Below, piece by piece: positions 9,369-19,308 of a stretch of 64,000 bases of DNA. Under the pieces are notes generated by a model, which was not told where the DNA came from, did no database searches, and was given only the letters and a program-made list of their open reading frames with translations. The stretch is taken from NCBI GenBank assembly GCA_965228895.1, contig OZ245842.1, forward strand, positions 1,760,001-1,824,000. The letters run 5' to 3'. This DNA comes from Alphaproteobacteria bacterium (GTDB lineage: Bacteria; Pseudomonadota; Alphaproteobacteria; SP197). The position numbers and the translations under genes are program-made. Each line of letters begins with the position of its first letter. The first letter of the stretch is position 1.

Positions 9369-9710
9369 GTGCCCATTTCCCGCGATCTCGTCCTTTCGAA
9401 AGCAAGGCAGATCTTTCCGACTCACGACGAAACCGCGGTTTTGACGATGCTGCAGGCTTATGGGGCAGAACCCCATGAGGCCGATGATGAGAGGGTCTAC
9501 CTGGCGATCCTCAAGCTCTGCGACGAGGCAGGGGCGTCCGATCCTTCGCCCTATGTGACGCGCGCAAAGCGGGACCCCCGCGATGTGATCGCCTGGGCCG
9601 AGTATCCCAACCAGATGGCCTTTGGACCAACCGACGACCCGGTGAAGGCTGAAGAACTCAGGAAGAGCGACGACGACCAGTACCGTGCATGGCTGGCCAA
9701 GACACGCTGA
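9369..9710 (+). CDS. Conserved hypothetical protein
   Basis: GTG at 9369 after a GAGGAG RBS; ERVYLAILKL...AKRDPRDVIAWAEYP; GC-rich third positions typical of coding sequence. Confidence 0.7.
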   Translation: MPISRDLVLSKARQIFPTHDETAVLTMLQAYGAEPHEADDERVYLAILKLCDEAGASDPSPYVTRAKRDPRDVIAWAEYPNQMAFGPTDDPVKAEELRKSDDDQYRAWLAKTR

Positions 9711-9748
9711 CCCTTGCTGTCCGAGCCAACGACGCTGGCGACAAAGGA

Positions 9749-9823
9749 TGGTGGGCGCGGCTGGGATTGAACCAGCGACCCCCGCCGTGTGAAGGCGATG
9801 CTCTCCCGCTGAGCTACGCGCCC
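9749..9823 (-). tRNA. tRNA-Val (anticodon CAC)
   Basis: GGGCGCGTAGCTCAGCGGGAGAGCATCGCCTTCACACGGCGGGGGTCGCTGGTTCAATCCCAGCCGCGCCCACCA folds as a cloverleaf with T-loop GTTCAATC and encoded CCA. Confidence 0.97.
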
Positions 9824-9842
9824 ATCCAGTGGCCGGAAGCCG

Positions 9843-9872
9843 CATATAGGGACCGGCCGCCGTGCCTGTCAA
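9843..9872 (-). promoter_or_regulatory. Sigma70-type promoter for tRNA-Val
   Basis: TTGACA-N18-TATATG on the minus strand, ending about 20 nt before the tRNA 5' end. Confidence 0.55.
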
Positions 9873-9979
9873 GCCGGGCTCCTGGCGCCGGTGGCGGCGA
9901 ACTCATGCCGGCAGTTTCCTGCCGCTTGTCTCCCCGGCCTGTGATCTAATCGGCCATCATCGCAGGAGGAGGGCTTGGT

Positions 9980-11662
9980 ATGGCGACGATGACCGGTGCG
10001 CGGTTCATGGCCGAGTTCCTGGAAAGGAGCGGCGTGACCCACGTTTTCTGGGTGCCCGCGGTCCTGGGCGGCTTGCTGCGTGAGCTCGAAACCTCCAACC
10101 GCGTCTCGCGCATCCTGGCCCACAGCGAAAAATCCGCCGTCTACATGGCCGACGGCTACGCGCGCGCCAGCGGCCGGCCGGGCGTGTGTTTCGCCCAGAA
10201 GATCGGCGCCGCCAACCTTGCCGCCGGTCTTAAGGATCCCTATCTCGCCTGCACGCCCATCGTGGCGCTCGCCGGCGGCGCGCGCGCGGAATACGAGAAC
10301 CGCCACGTCTATCAGCAGATCGACGACGCCACGGCTTTCCTGCCGGTGACCAAATCACAGGCCCATGTCGCGGTGGTCGAAGCGCTGCCCGAGGTGCTGC
10401 GCCAGGCGTTTCGCTCGGCGACCACGGGCACGCCGGGCCCGTGTCTCGTCGAAATGGCCGGCCACTTCGCCGAGGTCGAGATGGACACGGCGGCGCTGGA
10501 TGTGGTGGTCGAGGAGCGGTTCCAGCAGTTGCCGCCGTTCCGGCCCGTCGCCGAGCAGGGCGCCATGGCCGAGGCAGTCGATCGGCTCATCAAGGCAGAA
10601 CGGCCGGTCATCGTCGCCGGTGGCGGCGTCCGCGCGTCCGGCGCGGGCGTTGCACTGCTTGCCTTGGCCGAGCGGCTCAATATCCCGGTCGCGACGGCGA
10701 TGAACGCGAAGGACCAGATCCCCGGCGATCACCCGCTCAACGTCGGCGTACCCGGCACCTATTCGCGCCGCTCAGCGAACGAAACCTTGCTGGAAGCCGA
10801 TCTCGTGTTTTTTGTCGGCAGCCATACAGGCAGTCAGGTAACCGCCCACTGGCATCTGCCGCCGATGGGAACGCCGGTCATACAGCTCGACATCAACGGC
10901 GAGGAGCTTGGCCGTCACTATCCCAACGCGATCGCGCTGCAGGGTGATGCGCGCGCCAGTCTGGAGGTCATGCTGGATCTGGCGGGCGATGCCGATGGCA
11001 GCCACCATCAGCCCTGGGTCGACCGGGCAGCGGGTTTCGTTGCGGCGTGGCGCGACAGCATCGCCGCGCACATGGCATCCGACGCGACGCCCATCCGACC
11101 CGAGCGCCTGTGTGCCGAGCTCACCGCCTGGCTACCGGAGAACGCCATTCTGGTCTCCGACACCGGCCATTCGGGCATGTGGACCGCCGGCCATATCGAT
11201 CTGAACCACGCCGGCCAGTCCTATCTGCGCGCCGCCGGCTCGCTCGGCTGGAGTTTCCCCGCGGGCATCGGCGCGCAGCTTGCCTGCCCCGACCGTCCGG
11301 TGGTTGTTTTCACCGGCGACGGCGGCTTCTGGTATCACCTGACCGAGCTGGAGACGGCGGTGCGTTGGGACGTGCCGGTGATCACCGTGGTCAACAACAA
11401 CAGCATGCTGAGCCAGGGCGTCGACGAGGAAATGGCCGACCGTGGCGGCAAGCTCGAAGGCCGTTGGGGCGATGCGTGGGAGTTTACGCCGTCCAATTTT
11501 GCCGAGATCGCCAGGTCCATGGGCGCCGAAGGCATCCGGGTCGAGCAGCCCGGTGAAATACGTGCCGCGCTCGACGAGGCGCTCGCCATGCGCCGCCCCG
11601 TTGTCGTTGACGTGGTCGGCGATCCCTGGGCCCAGGCCGCCCACGCCTTTGTCGGTGAGTAA
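9980..11662 (+). CDS. Thiamine pyrophosphate-dependent enzyme (acetolactate-synthase-large-subunit-like)
   Basis: HSEKSAVYMADGYAR, GTPGPCLVE and ThDP motif GDGGFWY...NN. No ilvN/ilvH neighbour, so probably catabolic. Confidence 0.9.
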   Translation: MATMTGARFMAEFLERSGVTHVFWVPAVLGGLLRELETSNRVSRILAHSEKSAVYMADGYARASGRPGVCFAQKIGAANLAAGLKDPYLACTPIVALAGGARAEYENRHVYQQIDDATAFLPVTKSQAHVAVVEALPEVLRQAFRSATTGTPGPCLVEMAGHFAEVEMDTAALDVVVEERFQQLPPFRPVAEQGAMAEAVDRLIKAERPVIVAGGGVRASGAGVALLALAERLNIPVATAMNAKDQIPGDHPLNVGVPGTYSRRSANETLLEADLVFFVGSHTGSQVTAHWHLPPMGTPVIQLDINGEELGRHYPNAIALQGDARASLEVMLDLAGDADGSHHQPWVDRAAGFVAAWRDSIAAHMASDATPIRPERLCAELTAWLPENAILVSDTGHSGMWTAGHIDLNHAGQSYLRAAGSLGWSFPAGIGAQLACPDRPVVVFTGDGGFWYHLTELETAVRWDVPVITVVNNNSMLSQGVDEEMADRGGKLEGRWGDAWEFTPSNFAEIARSMGAEGIRVEQPGEIRAALDEALAMRRPVVVDVVGDPWAQAAHAFVGE

Positions 11663-11682
11663 CCCTGCCAGATGGAGTACCC

Positions 11683-12330
11683 ATGCATTTTGATTGTCGC
11701 GCCATCGAACCGCGAGAGTGTTACAAGCTGTTGATCTCAACGGTCGTGCCGCGGCCGATCGCGTTCGTGACGACGGTGCGTGATGACGGACATGTCAACG
11801 CGGCGCCGTTCAGCTTCTTCAACGCTGTCGGTTTCGACCCGCCGGTTGTGGTCCTCGGCCTCGAGGCGCGTCCCGATGGCCGCTTGAAGGACACCGCGGC
11901 GAACATTCAGGTGAGCGGCGAATTCGTCGTCAACATCGTCGACGAAGCGTTGGCCCATCAGATGAACATCTCCGCCATCGACTTCGAGCCGGATGTCTCA
12001 GAACCGATGCAGGCCGGCCTCGACATGGTCGACAGCATCGGTATCCGTCCGCCGCGCATTGCGACAAGTCCGGTCAGTATGGAATGCGAAAAGCTCGTGA
12101 CCCTCGAGCTCAAGAACGCGCGCCACGTCGTCCTGGGCGAGGTGCTGCACTTCCACATCCGCGATGACATCGTCCTCGATTCCGAGCGGTTCCACATCGA
12201 TATCGACCGCCTGGCCGCGATCGGCCGCATGAACGCCAGCAGCTATACGCGAACCAGTGACCACTTCGACCTGCCACGTATTCATGTCGACCACTGGGAT
12301 ACCGACACGGCCTCGCGGCGCGAGAGATGA
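11683..12330 (+). CDS. Flavin reductase family protein
   Basis: YKLLISTVVPRPIAFVTT, NAAPFSFFN, KDTAANI and GEFVVNIV motifs. Confidence 0.9.
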   Translation: MHFDCRAIEPRECYKLLISTVVPRPIAFVTTVRDDGHVNAAPFSFFNAVGFDPPVVVLGLEARPDGRLKDTAANIQVSGEFVVNIVDEALAHQMNISAIDFEPDVSEPMQAGLDMVDSIGIRPPRIATSPVSMECEKLVTLELKNARHVVLGEVLHFHIRDDIVLDSERFHIDIDRLAAIGRMNASSYTRTSDHFDLPRIHVDHWDTDTASRRER

Positions 12331-12331
12331 T

Positions 12332-14632
12332 TCAGCGCGCGCCTTCCGCCAGCGGCATGTCGTGGGCTTCGACCGGCGGCAGGTTGCCGTCATAGCGCTC
12401 GACCTCGACCAGTGCCGTGTTGCAGGCGGGGCCTTGCGATAGCGACGAACAACCGGCGTCATAGGTCAAGACGTTGGGATTGCCGTGACGTTCCAGAGCG
12501 TCCGGATTGCCGGGATCGTCGGCGTCGAACCAGGAACCCGTCGACATGACGACGACGCCCGGCATGACATTCTCGGTCAATTGCGCGCCGCCCAGGCAAC
12601 GTCCCCGCCCGTTGAAGACGTGCACGATGTCGCCATCGCTGATGCCTCTGAGCGCGGCGTCGTCGGGATGTATCAGCAGGGGTTCGCGGTCACGGATCTT
12701 GTGGCTGGCGCTGTGTTCGCCGCTGTCGAGTTGGCTGTGCAGTTTGTCGCGCGGCTGATCGGACAGCAGATGAAGAGGATGGCTGAGCGCTGCCTCGCCG
12801 CCGAGCCACTCACGGGGTTCGTACCATGTGGGATGACGTCCGCAATCGGGGTAACCGAAGCTGCCGATTGTCTCGCTGACCAGTTCGACCATGCCCGATG
12901 GGGTCGTCAGCGGGTTGGCGGCGGGGTCTTCGCGTAGGTCGGCGAGCGCATGATTACCCGTCGTCAGCGGTCCGACGCGCATCCAGCCACCAGCCCAGAA
13001 GCTGTCGAAGTCGGGTATCGCGACGCCGGCCTTCGTCGCGCTCTCGCGGGAGAGGTCGTAGAGATGGCGCACCCAGGCCATCTCGTCGCGGCCCTCGGTG
13101 AAAGCGTCGCCAAAGCCCATGCGCTCGGAGAGGTCGCGGAAAATCTCATGGTCCGAACGCGCTTCGCCAAAGGGCTCGCTCGCCTTGTGCATGGGTGCGG
13201 CAAAGCCGCCGTGCGCGCTGCCGGAAAAGTCGTTGCGCTCCAGTGTCGTCGTTGCCGGCAGCACGATATCGGCAAAGCGCGCCGTCGGCTGAAACCATGC
13301 ATCCTGGACGATGACCGTCTTGGGTTGACGGAACGCATGGGCAAGGCGGTGCAGGTCCTGATGGTGGTGGAATGGGTTGCCGCCGGCCCAATAGACAAGG
13401 CCGATCTCCGGGAACGTGATGTTCATACCGTTATAGGGGATCGTCGCGCCGGGATTGAGTAGCATGTCGGCGATCCGCGCGACCGGGATGAACCGGTCGA
13501 CGGGATTGCGGCCCTGCGGAAAGGCCGCCCAGCGGAACGGCAGGCGACCGGCGCCATGGTCGTTGAACGTGCCCAGGCCAAAGGCGATGCCGCCGCCGGG
13601 CAGGCCGAGTTGGCCCAGAAGCGCGGCAAGCGCGATCGCCATCCAGAACGGCTGCTCGCCATGGTCGGCCCGTTGCATTGCCCAAGTGATGGAGATCAGC
13701 GTGCGCCGGCCTTCCATTTCGCGCGCCAGCGCGATGATGGCGCTGGCCGAAACGCCGGTGATCGTGGCGGCCCAATCAGGATCCTTAGGCTGGCCGTCGC
13801 TCTCGCCCAGGACGTAGGCGATGAGCTCGTCGCCGCCGACACAGCATCGGTCGAGATAGGCTTTGTCATGCTTGTCGTCGGTGATCAGCACGTAGGCGAG
13901 CGCCAGCATCAACGCGACATCGGTGTTGGGACGGGGCGCCAACCAATGGGCGCCGAACGTCTCCTCGTCGTGGGACAACACCGGGCCGATCGAGATCGCC
14001 TGCATGCCGCCTTCGATGCAAGCGGCAAGCCCGGCCTTGTCGACGTGGGGGCCGGTGCCGCCGGGATCGACCATGGCGTTCTTGAACGGCAGACCGCCAA
14101 AGGCGACCAGCAGCTCCGTATGCTCTTTCATGGTCGGCCAGTCATAGCCGGTCGGCAGCATGCCGCCGCCCAGAACATGCGATACGATGACCTCGGCCGC
14201 CGCCGAGCTATAGGTGTTGACGTGGCGCACGAACCCGCCGGCGAGGTTCATGAACCGCTTGAGCTGGCTTTGCGCATGGTTGAAGCGCCCGGCGCTCGCC
14301 CAACCATAGGAACCGGCAAAGATGCCTTCGTTGCCCAGTTCGGCCTTGGTGCGGTTGATCGCGTCGACGACAAGACCGAGCGCGCGATCCCAACTGACGG
14401 GAACATAGGCGTCGCGGCCACGTCCCGAACCGTCGCACGCGCCCTCACTCTCCAGATAGCTGCTGCGCACCAGGGGCGTCGCGATCCGCGCGCGCTCGCC
14501 CAACATGTCTTTGAGCGTGTCGCCGATCAGCGGCGGGTCCGGATCGTCGGCGAGCGGCCGGATGACCGGCCCGTCCTCGCCGCTCTCGTGCTCGTAGTAA
14601 CCCCAGTGGGTCGCCGTGGTGCGTGTTGTCAT
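12332..14632 (-). CDS. Cytoplasmic S-/N-oxide reductase molybdoenzyme (BisC/TorZ-like)
   Basis: THWG, GSYGWASAGRFNHA, NTYSSAA (Ser Mo ligand), QRADHGEQ, GGNPFHHHQD and LHSQ; no Tat signal. Confidence 0.9.
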   Translation of the reverse strand: MTTRTTATHWGYYEHESGEDGPVIRPLADDPDPPLIGDTLKDMLGERARIATPLVRSSYLESEGACDGSGRGRDAYVPVSWDRALGLVVDAINRTKAELGNEGIFAGSYGWASAGRFNHAQSQLKRFMNLAGGFVRHVNTYSSAAAEVIVSHVLGGGMLPTGYDWPTMKEHTELLVAFGGLPFKNAMVDPGGTGPHVDKAGLAACIEGGMQAISIGPVLSHDEETFGAHWLAPRPNTDVALMLALAYVLITDDKHDKAYLDRCCVGGDELIAYVLGESDGQPKDPDWAATITGVSASAIIALAREMEGRRTLISITWAMQRADHGEQPFWMAIALAALLGQLGLPGGGIAFGLGTFNDHGAGRLPFRWAAFPQGRNPVDRFIPVARIADMLLNPGATIPYNGMNITFPEIGLVYWAGGNPFHHHQDLHRLAHAFRQPKTVIVQDAWFQPTARFADIVLPATTTLERNDFSGSAHGGFAAPMHKASEPFGEARSDHEIFRDLSERMGFGDAFTEGRDEMAWVRHLYDLSRESATKAGVAIPDFDSFWAGGWMRVGPLTTGNHALADLREDPAANPLTTPSGMVELVSETIGSFGYPDCGRHPTWYEPREWLGGEAALSHPLHLLSDQPRDKLHSQLDSGEHSASHKIRDREPLLIHPDDAALRGISDGDIVHVFNGRGRCLGGAQLTENVMPGVVVMSTGSWFDADDPGNPDALERHGNPNVLTYDAGCSSLSQGPACNTALVEVERYDGNLPPVEAHDMPLAEGAR

Positions 14633-14695
14633 AGCGGCGCGATCATGCCGAAGCCGCCCGGCCGGTACCAGGAAAAGCGAAAGGTGCGGGGAATA

Positions 14696-16747
14696 CTAGG
14701 CCACCTTCTCGATACGCACTTCCGTCGCGTGCACGCTGGTGCTTTCGCCCATGTCGGTTTTTTGCGGGATATGCAGCAGGTTCACGTTGGCGCCGCTGCC
14801 ATCATCGCCGCCGCCACGCACCTTGGGCCAGCGGCTCTTGTGGGTCAGGAGCGTGCCGGGCGGGATGTCGTCGGCGATCCGCGCGGTGAATATCAGGCTG
14901 CCCGCATCGTTGCTCAGCGACACCTCGGTACCGTCGGCGATGGCCAGCGCACCGGCGTCATCCGGGTGAATGGTCACCTGTGGTTTACCCATCAATTCGT
15001 CGACGCGTGGGTCGTTGCCGTAGCTGGAGTTCATCAGCCACTTGTCGGCCGGTGACAGCAGACGGAAACGGCCGTCGGCCGGTCGTGCATCGACGGTCGG
15101 CTGGGGAACGCGCGGATGGCCGTCGGCTTCCGCTTGCGCGCTTGCTATCTCAATCTTGCCGGACGGTGTCGGGAACGTGCCTTCGGACCACAGCACCATC
15201 GGCTCATCACCCAGGCTGACCCAGCCCTTTTCTTTCAGCGTCTCCCAATCGACGCCAAGGTCGGCGTACTTCAGTGTCTTGTCGATGACCGACTGGTCGT
15301 CTTCGTAGAGATGGTTTTCCTCAAAACCCATGGCGCGCGACAAGCGGCGGAAGATTTCCTGGTTGGGCAGGCTCTCGCCCATCGGCTCCTGGCACTTCAC
15401 CAGGGCGCCATAAGTAAAGTGGAAGTAAGACGATGCGAGATCGTCGAATTCCAGAAAGCTCGCCGCCGGCAGAACGATATCTGCATAGTCGGCGGTATCG
15501 GTCTGGAAACAGTCGATGACGACGGTGAACAGATCGTCCCGCTCAAGCCCGCGCCGCATCTTCGCCTGCTCCGGATTGGAGGCGACGGGGTTGCAGTTCC
15601 AGACCATGTAGGCGCGGAACGTGTCGGGCGACTGCAGGAGGTCCGGCACGTCCATCTGGCTGATCGACGGCGGCCCGTCGTCGTCCGGTGACGGCGCTTC
15701 ATAGGCGGGTGCGCCGCCCTTGCGGCTGGCGATGCCGAAGCTGTCGTTCAGGTAATAGAAGCCGGCGCCGGGCTTGCCGATGTTGCCGGTGAAAGCCGGC
15801 AGCATGGCGAGCGCGCGAAAGATGTTGCCGCCTTCGGGCTGGCGCTGGAGGCCCTGGCCGAGCCACAGCAGCGACGGGCCGGTGCCATAGACTTTGGCTG
15901 CCCGTTCGATGTCGGCGGCGGGCACGCCGGTCTGTTGTTCGCCCCATTCAGGCGTGCAATCGTCCAGGAGCGGCGCGACTTCGTCGTGACCCACGACGTG
16001 TTGGGCAATGTAGTCGTCATCGAACAGGCCGCCGCGGCCCATGACATGAAGCATAGCGAACGCGAGCGCGGCATCGGTGCCGGGCAGAGGTTGCAGGAAG
16101 AGGTCGGCTGCATCGGCGGTTTCGTGGCGCACCGGATCGACGACGATCACCTCGGCCGAATTTTCTTTAAGCCAGTGCTTATGAGCGTGCGGCGCGCTGT
16201 GGGAGGGGTTGGCGCCCCAGACCAGGATGCATTCGGAATCGCGCGCCGTACGCGGATCGAAACCGACATGGCTGTCGCCGAACACATACCCCCAGGCGAC
16301 ATGGCCGGCGTTGTTGCAGATGGTGTCCGGCTCGACCTCGGTCGCGCCCAGGCGTTTGAAGAAGCGCGACGGGAAACCATAGGCGAGTGCCGAACAGGTG
16401 CCGGTGTAGTGGGTATGAACGATCTTGTCAGCGCCGTGCTGGTCGGCGATGGCATGGAGTTTGTCGGCGATCGTCGAGAGCGCGTCGTCCCACGTGATTG
16501 CCTCGAACTGGCCCGAGCCCTTGGGGCCGGTGCGCCGCAACGGGTTCAAAAGGCGGGCGTTTTCGTCAAGCCAGACGCCGTTATAGGCGACGGCGCATTT
16601 GCCGCACAGCGCGCCGCGCGAGGTCGGGTGATCGGGGTCGCCCAGCACGCGCCTGATCTTGCCGTCGCGCTTGATGACGGCGATGCCGCAGCCGTCATAG
16701 CAGTCGCGCGGACAGGTGGATTTGATGATTTCCTTGGTGCCGGGCAT
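14696..16747 (-). CDS. Molybdopterin-dependent oxidoreductase with N-terminal [4Fe-4S] motif
   Basis: Real start MPGTKEII at 16747; CPRDCYDGC...LCGK, TICNNAG, WGANP and TDTADYADIVLPA. Confidence 0.9.
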   Translation of the reverse strand: MPGTKEIIKSTCPRDCYDGCGIAVIKRDGKIRRVLGDPDHPTSRGALCGKCAVAYNGVWLDENARLLNPLRRTGPKGSGQFEAITWDDALSTIADKLHAIADQHGADKIVHTHYTGTCSALAYGFPSRFFKRLGATEVEPDTICNNAGHVAWGYVFGDSHVGFDPRTARDSECILVWGANPSHSAPHAHKHWLKENSAEVIVVDPVRHETADAADLFLQPLPGTDAALAFAMLHVMGRGGLFDDDYIAQHVVGHDEVAPLLDDCTPEWGEQQTGVPAADIERAAKVYGTGPSLLWLGQGLQRQPEGGNIFRALAMLPAFTGNIGKPGAGFYYLNDSFGIASRKGGAPAYEAPSPDDDGPPSISQMDVPDLLQSPDTFRAYMVWNCNPVASNPEQAKMRRGLERDDLFTVVIDCFQTDTADYADIVLPAASFLEFDDLASSYFHFTYGALVKCQEPMGESLPNQEIFRRLSRAMGFEENHLYEDDQSVIDKTLKYADLGVDWETLKEKGWVSLGDEPMVLWSEGTFPTPSGKIEIASAQAEADGHPRVPQPTVDARPADGRFRLLSPADKWLMNSSYGNDPRVDELMGKPQVTIHPDDAGALAIADGTEVSLSNDAGSLIFTARIADDIPPGTLLTHKSRWPKVRGGGDDGSGANVNLLHIPQKTDMGESTSVHATEVRIEKVA

Positions 16748-16876
16748 GGCCGTATCGCTCCCTGGTTGCGGCGCTACCTTAGCCGAAGCCCCTAGGGCGA
16801 TACCAGATGCCCGGTTTCGCTTGACGGCAAGCCGTTCCGGCAGGCCAAGATGGCGCCCGAACGGCGAGGTAGGGTG

Positions 16877-18517
16877 ATGGTTCAGCCAGGCGACTACGAC
16901 TACATCATTGTCGGCGGCGGGTCGGCCGGCAGCGTTCTGGCAAGCCGCCTGTCGGAAGACCCGGACGTCAGCGTGCTCGTTTTGGAAGCGGGCACGAACA
17001 ACAAGGACTTCCGTGTCTACATGCCGGCCGCCAACGCCTTGGCATTCGGCCATCCGAAGTTCGACTGGCGCTACTATACCGAGCCCCAGCCCAACGTGGC
17101 GGGGCGACGCATCAACTGGCCGCGTGGGCGCGGTCTCGGCGGGTCGAGCGCCATAAACGGCATGATCTATATTCGCGGCAACGCCCGCGACTACGACGGT
17201 TGGCGCCAACTGGGCCTGGACGGCTGGGCCTATGCCGATGTGCTGCCCTACTTCAAGAGGTCGGAGAGCCGGTCGGTTGGTGGCGATGTCTATCGCGGCG
17301 ATTCCGGACCGCTGTTGACCGGCCCGGCCGGTAACCCGCAGCCGATCGACCATGCGTTTGTCGCCGCGTGTCTTCAGTCTGGTTTGCCGGAGAATGCGGA
17401 TTTCAACGGCGCCGGTCAGGTCGGCGCCGGCTTGCTCGATTTCACCGTGCATGGCGGCAAACGCTCCAGCGTCGCGCGCTGCTTCCTGGCTGCCGCCGCC
17501 GATCGCGCCAATCTGACAGTCGAGACCGGTTCCTTCGTCAGCTCTCTCGTGTGGGACGGCAATCGAGCGGCGGGCGTGACCTATACGCGTGACGGTCAAT
17601 CACAGACGGCGCGCGCCACACGTGAGATTATCGTGTCGCAAGGCGCCATCGGCTCGCCTCAGCTTCTCATGCTGTCGGGTATTGGCCCTGCTGATGATTT
17701 GCGCGCCCTCGGCATTGACGTTGTCGCAGATCTTCCCGGTGTCGGCGAAAACCTGCAGGACCATCTGAACATTCCCGTGCAGTTCAAGTGTACTGACCGC
17801 AACGCGACCTACGACCGGTGGCAACGACCGCATCGCGCGCTGTGGCTTGGCGCGGCCTATTTCCTCTCCGGCGGCAAGCTGGGGCCTGGCGGCAACGCGT
17901 TCTGGTCGGCCGGCGCCTTTTCGAGTGGTGGTGCCGATCCGGATGTGCCGACCTTTCAGGTCTTCTTCACGCCCATGGTGATCGAAGAAGACTTGCGGAC
18001 GAACACAAAAAAGGCGGTTTCGGGCTTTCAGCTCGACGTCAACCAGATGCATCCGGAAGCACGCGGCTGGATCAAGCTTCGGTCGACCGACCCGGCCGAT
18101 CACCCGATCATCGAACCGAACTACCTGACCGAGGAGCGCGATCGGCGGGAGCTTATCGATGCGGTCAAATGGGCGCGCGAGATTGTCAGCCAACCGGCGT
18201 TTGACCGTTATCGGGGCGACGAGATCGCGCCGGGCGCGGATCTGACGACGGATGAGGAAATCCTGGAGGGTGTCGCCAGTGGCGTCCAATCCGGCTACCA
18301 CCCGGTCGGCACCTGCAAGATGGGCATCGATAGCGATCCGATGGCCGTGGTCGACCCCGAGCTCCGTGTTCGTGGCGTTGAGGGCCTGCGCGTCGTCGAT
18401 GCCTCGGTCATGCCGATCCTGGTCACCGGCAACACCAACGCGCCGACGGTGATGATCGCCGAAAAGACATCCGACATGATCCGCGGCAAGGCACCGCTGC
18501 CGCGCGCGGAGATTTGA
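16877..18517 (+). CDS. GMC oxidoreductase (choline-dehydrogenase-like)
   Basis: YDYIIVGGGSAG, RGRGLGGSSAINGM, GENLQDH, YHPVGTCKMG and GNTNAPTVMIAEK. Confidence 0.93.
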   Translation: MVQPGDYDYIIVGGGSAGSVLASRLSEDPDVSVLVLEAGTNNKDFRVYMPAANALAFGHPKFDWRYYTEPQPNVAGRRINWPRGRGLGGSSAINGMIYIRGNARDYDGWRQLGLDGWAYADVLPYFKRSESRSVGGDVYRGDSGPLLTGPAGNPQPIDHAFVAACLQSGLPENADFNGAGQVGAGLLDFTVHGGKRSSVARCFLAAAADRANLTVETGSFVSSLVWDGNRAAGVTYTRDGQSQTARATREIIVSQGAIGSPQLLMLSGIGPADDLRALGIDVVADLPGVGENLQDHLNIPVQFKCTDRNATYDRWQRPHRALWLGAAYFLSGGKLGPGGNAFWSAGAFSSGGADPDVPTFQVFFTPMVIEEDLRTNTKKAVSGFQLDVNQMHPEARGWIKLRSTDPADHPIIEPNYLTEERDRRELIDAVKWAREIVSQPAFDRYRGDEIAPGADLTTDEEILEGVASGVQSGYHPVGTCKMGIDSDPMAVVDPELRVRGVEGLRVVDASVMPILVTGNTNAPTVMIAEKTSDMIRGKAPLPRAEI

Positions 18518-18518
18518 C

Positions 18519-19271
18519 GTGACGAAGAGCGAAATGCCGACAGCCATCGTCACGGCGGCCAGCAAGGGCATCGGCGCTGCCTGCGTGCGCGAGCTGGCGC
18601 GGCGCGGTTACGGCCTTGCGATCATGGCCCGGTCGGACGCCATTCATGACGTCGCAAGCGAGGTCGGGGCCGAGGCCTTTCAGGGTGACGTGACGAACGC
18701 CCAGGATCTCGCGCGGTTCATCGCCGGCGCCCACGAACACCTCGGCCGGATTGACGCCGTGGTTGCCAACACGGGCATGTCGCGGGACGTCGGCGGCTAT
18801 GACGGGTCGTTCTTCGACATCAACCGAGACGCCAGCATTATCGACTACGACGACTCCTATTGGTCAGACATGTTCGACTTGCAGTTCATGTATGTCGTTC
18901 GTTTGAGCCGGCTGCTGACGCCGATCATGAAAGCGCAGGGTAAGGGTGCGATCGTCAATATCTCGGCGATGATTTCGAAAGAGCCGCATCAGGCCTTTCC
19001 CAGTTCGTCGACCATGCGCCGCGCGCTCGACGGCTACGTCAAACTTTTCGCCGATCGCCACGCACGCGACGGTGTCCGCATGAACACCGTCTCCCCGGGA
19101 CTGGTCAGCAATATCGACTGGGACCAGACCCAGCTCGATGCCGTCCCCATGCAACGCCCGGTCGATCCGGAAGAGCTGGCCCGACTTGTGGCATTCCTGC
19201 TGTCCGAAGACGCGGCCTATGTCACGGGCCAGAACATTCTGGCCGATGGCGGTTTCAATCGCAGCGTTTGA
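18519..19271 (+). CDS. Atypical SDR oxidoreductase
   Basis: TAASKGIG and VTGQNILADGG; catalytic YxxxK replaced by SxxxR (SSTMR). Confidence 0.85.
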   Translation: MTKSEMPTAIVTAASKGIGAACVRELARRGYGLAIMARSDAIHDVASEVGAEAFQGDVTNAQDLARFIAGAHEHLGRIDAVVANTGMSRDVGGYDGSFFDINRDASIIDYDDSYWSDMFDLQFMYVVRLSRLLTPIMKAQGKGAIVNISAMISKEPHQAFPSSSTMRRALDGYVKLFADRHARDGVRMNTVSPGLVSNIDWDQTQLDAVPMQRPVDPEELARLVAFLLSEDAAYVTGQNILADGGFNRSV

Positions 19272-19308
19272 TCGCGAAGCGATCTCAATAAAACGGGATC
19301 GGCTCTAG
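19271..19308. repeat. Partial copy of the TAGAGC...GCTCTA palindromic repeat
   Basis: ATCGCGAAGCGATCTCAATAAAACGGGATCGGCTCTAG matches the right end of the 20408-20545 element (ATCGCGAAGCGATCTCATCAAAGCAGGATCTGCTCTA). Confidence 0.75.

Noticed and set aside
7739-9748. Genomic island integrated at the tRNA-Val 3' end
   Set aside because: No integrase and no duplicated tRNA 3' end was found in the window; only a short AT-rich spacer supports it.
9270-9872. 200-aa minus-strand ORF across the tRNA
   Set aside because: It overlaps tRNA-Val and the plus-strand hypothetical gene and has no coding features.
16777-16789. CCTTAGCCGAAGC, identical to part of the REP unit near 57512
   Set aside because: It is only 13 bp without the flanking REP arms and could be chance.
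16748-17599. N-terminal extension of the 967-aa ORF 14696..17599
   Set aside because: It is the antisense shadow of the GMC gene; molybdoenzyme homology begins at MPGTKEII (16747).
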